Assembly (NCBI RefSeq): GCF_009834535.1
Contig: NC_045696.1
Span: 3,722,001-3,786,000, forward strand
Length of the DNA: 64,000 bases
Direction: 5' to 3'
DNA from: Camelus ferus
Taxonomy: Eukaryota
Shown here: positions 63,861 to 64,000 of the stretch, piece after piece
How positions within the stretch are numbered: the first letter of the stretch is position 1
How the letters are laid out: the number at the start of each line of letters is the position of its first letter
Notes under the pieces: generated by a model
The model's database searches: none
What the model was told of the DNA's origin: nothing
What the model saw: the letters and a program-made list of their open reading frames with translations, nothing else
Translations under genes and position numbers: made by a program

Positions 63861-64000
63861 AAGAAAGAGGGACTTTGGAGTGAGCGCTGACTTACTCAGC
63901 AGACCTGTGCCTTCTGCTTCTCACATGATCAGTGATGTCACTGGATGTGGAGGTGGTCACTCAGACGTATGGCACCTGTAATACCACCGTCACAAATAAC

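Larger units (their letters stand above)
58309..64000 (-). mobile_element. Fragmented hAT (Blackjack-like) DNA transposon with decayed transposase (~61131 to the window end)
   Basis: Minus-strand peptides in colinear order: SDITDHVRSRRHRSAE (63895-63942), KFACA (63433-63447), SGVSNRK (63319-63339), DKTNT (63126-63140), CGEHLIH (62283-62303), VRETELHNFCDEAD (62157-62198), IIHPSGKYH* (61131-61160). A terminal-like sequence cataaaatttattgtccaaatcaggaca lies at ~58317. Confidence 0.75.

Overview
This is mammalian genomic DNA, almost certainly camelid, judged from five copies of the tRNA-Ala-derived vic-1-type SINE and artiodactyl-type L1 3' ends. Bases 1-14.5 kb hold the 3' part of RIPK4 on the + strand. 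Six coding exons (3816-3964, 5519-5568, 7691-7849, 8607-8710, 10075-10315, 12018-13177) have GT-AG boundaries and splice into one frame of 620 codons plus stop. They encode the kinase C-lobe, the linker and the ankyrin repeats. A 3' UTR and an AATAAA at 14429 follow. The first two exons lie upstream of the window. The remaining ~49 kb has no credible host coding exon and is filled with L1/HAL1, MLT1/MLT2, ERV1 solo LTRs, MIR, hAT MITEs, SINEs and tandem repeats. Most notable observations: (1) a 37-unit 19-bp minisatellite in which every unit carries a GTRAGT splice-donor motif, 140 nt downstream of a strong acceptor; (2) an apparent in-frame loss of the LKRAS motif in RIPK4 exon 7; (3) a perfect 63-bp direct repeat bracketing exon 4; (4) a SINE fragment apparently copied locally into an MLT1 LTR; (5) a long, fragmented Blackjack-type hAT transposase fossil that the ORF track misses. 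I cannot demonstrate a new biological system from sequence alone. Repeat family names and human comparisons come from recall and need RepeatMasker or alignment confirmation.
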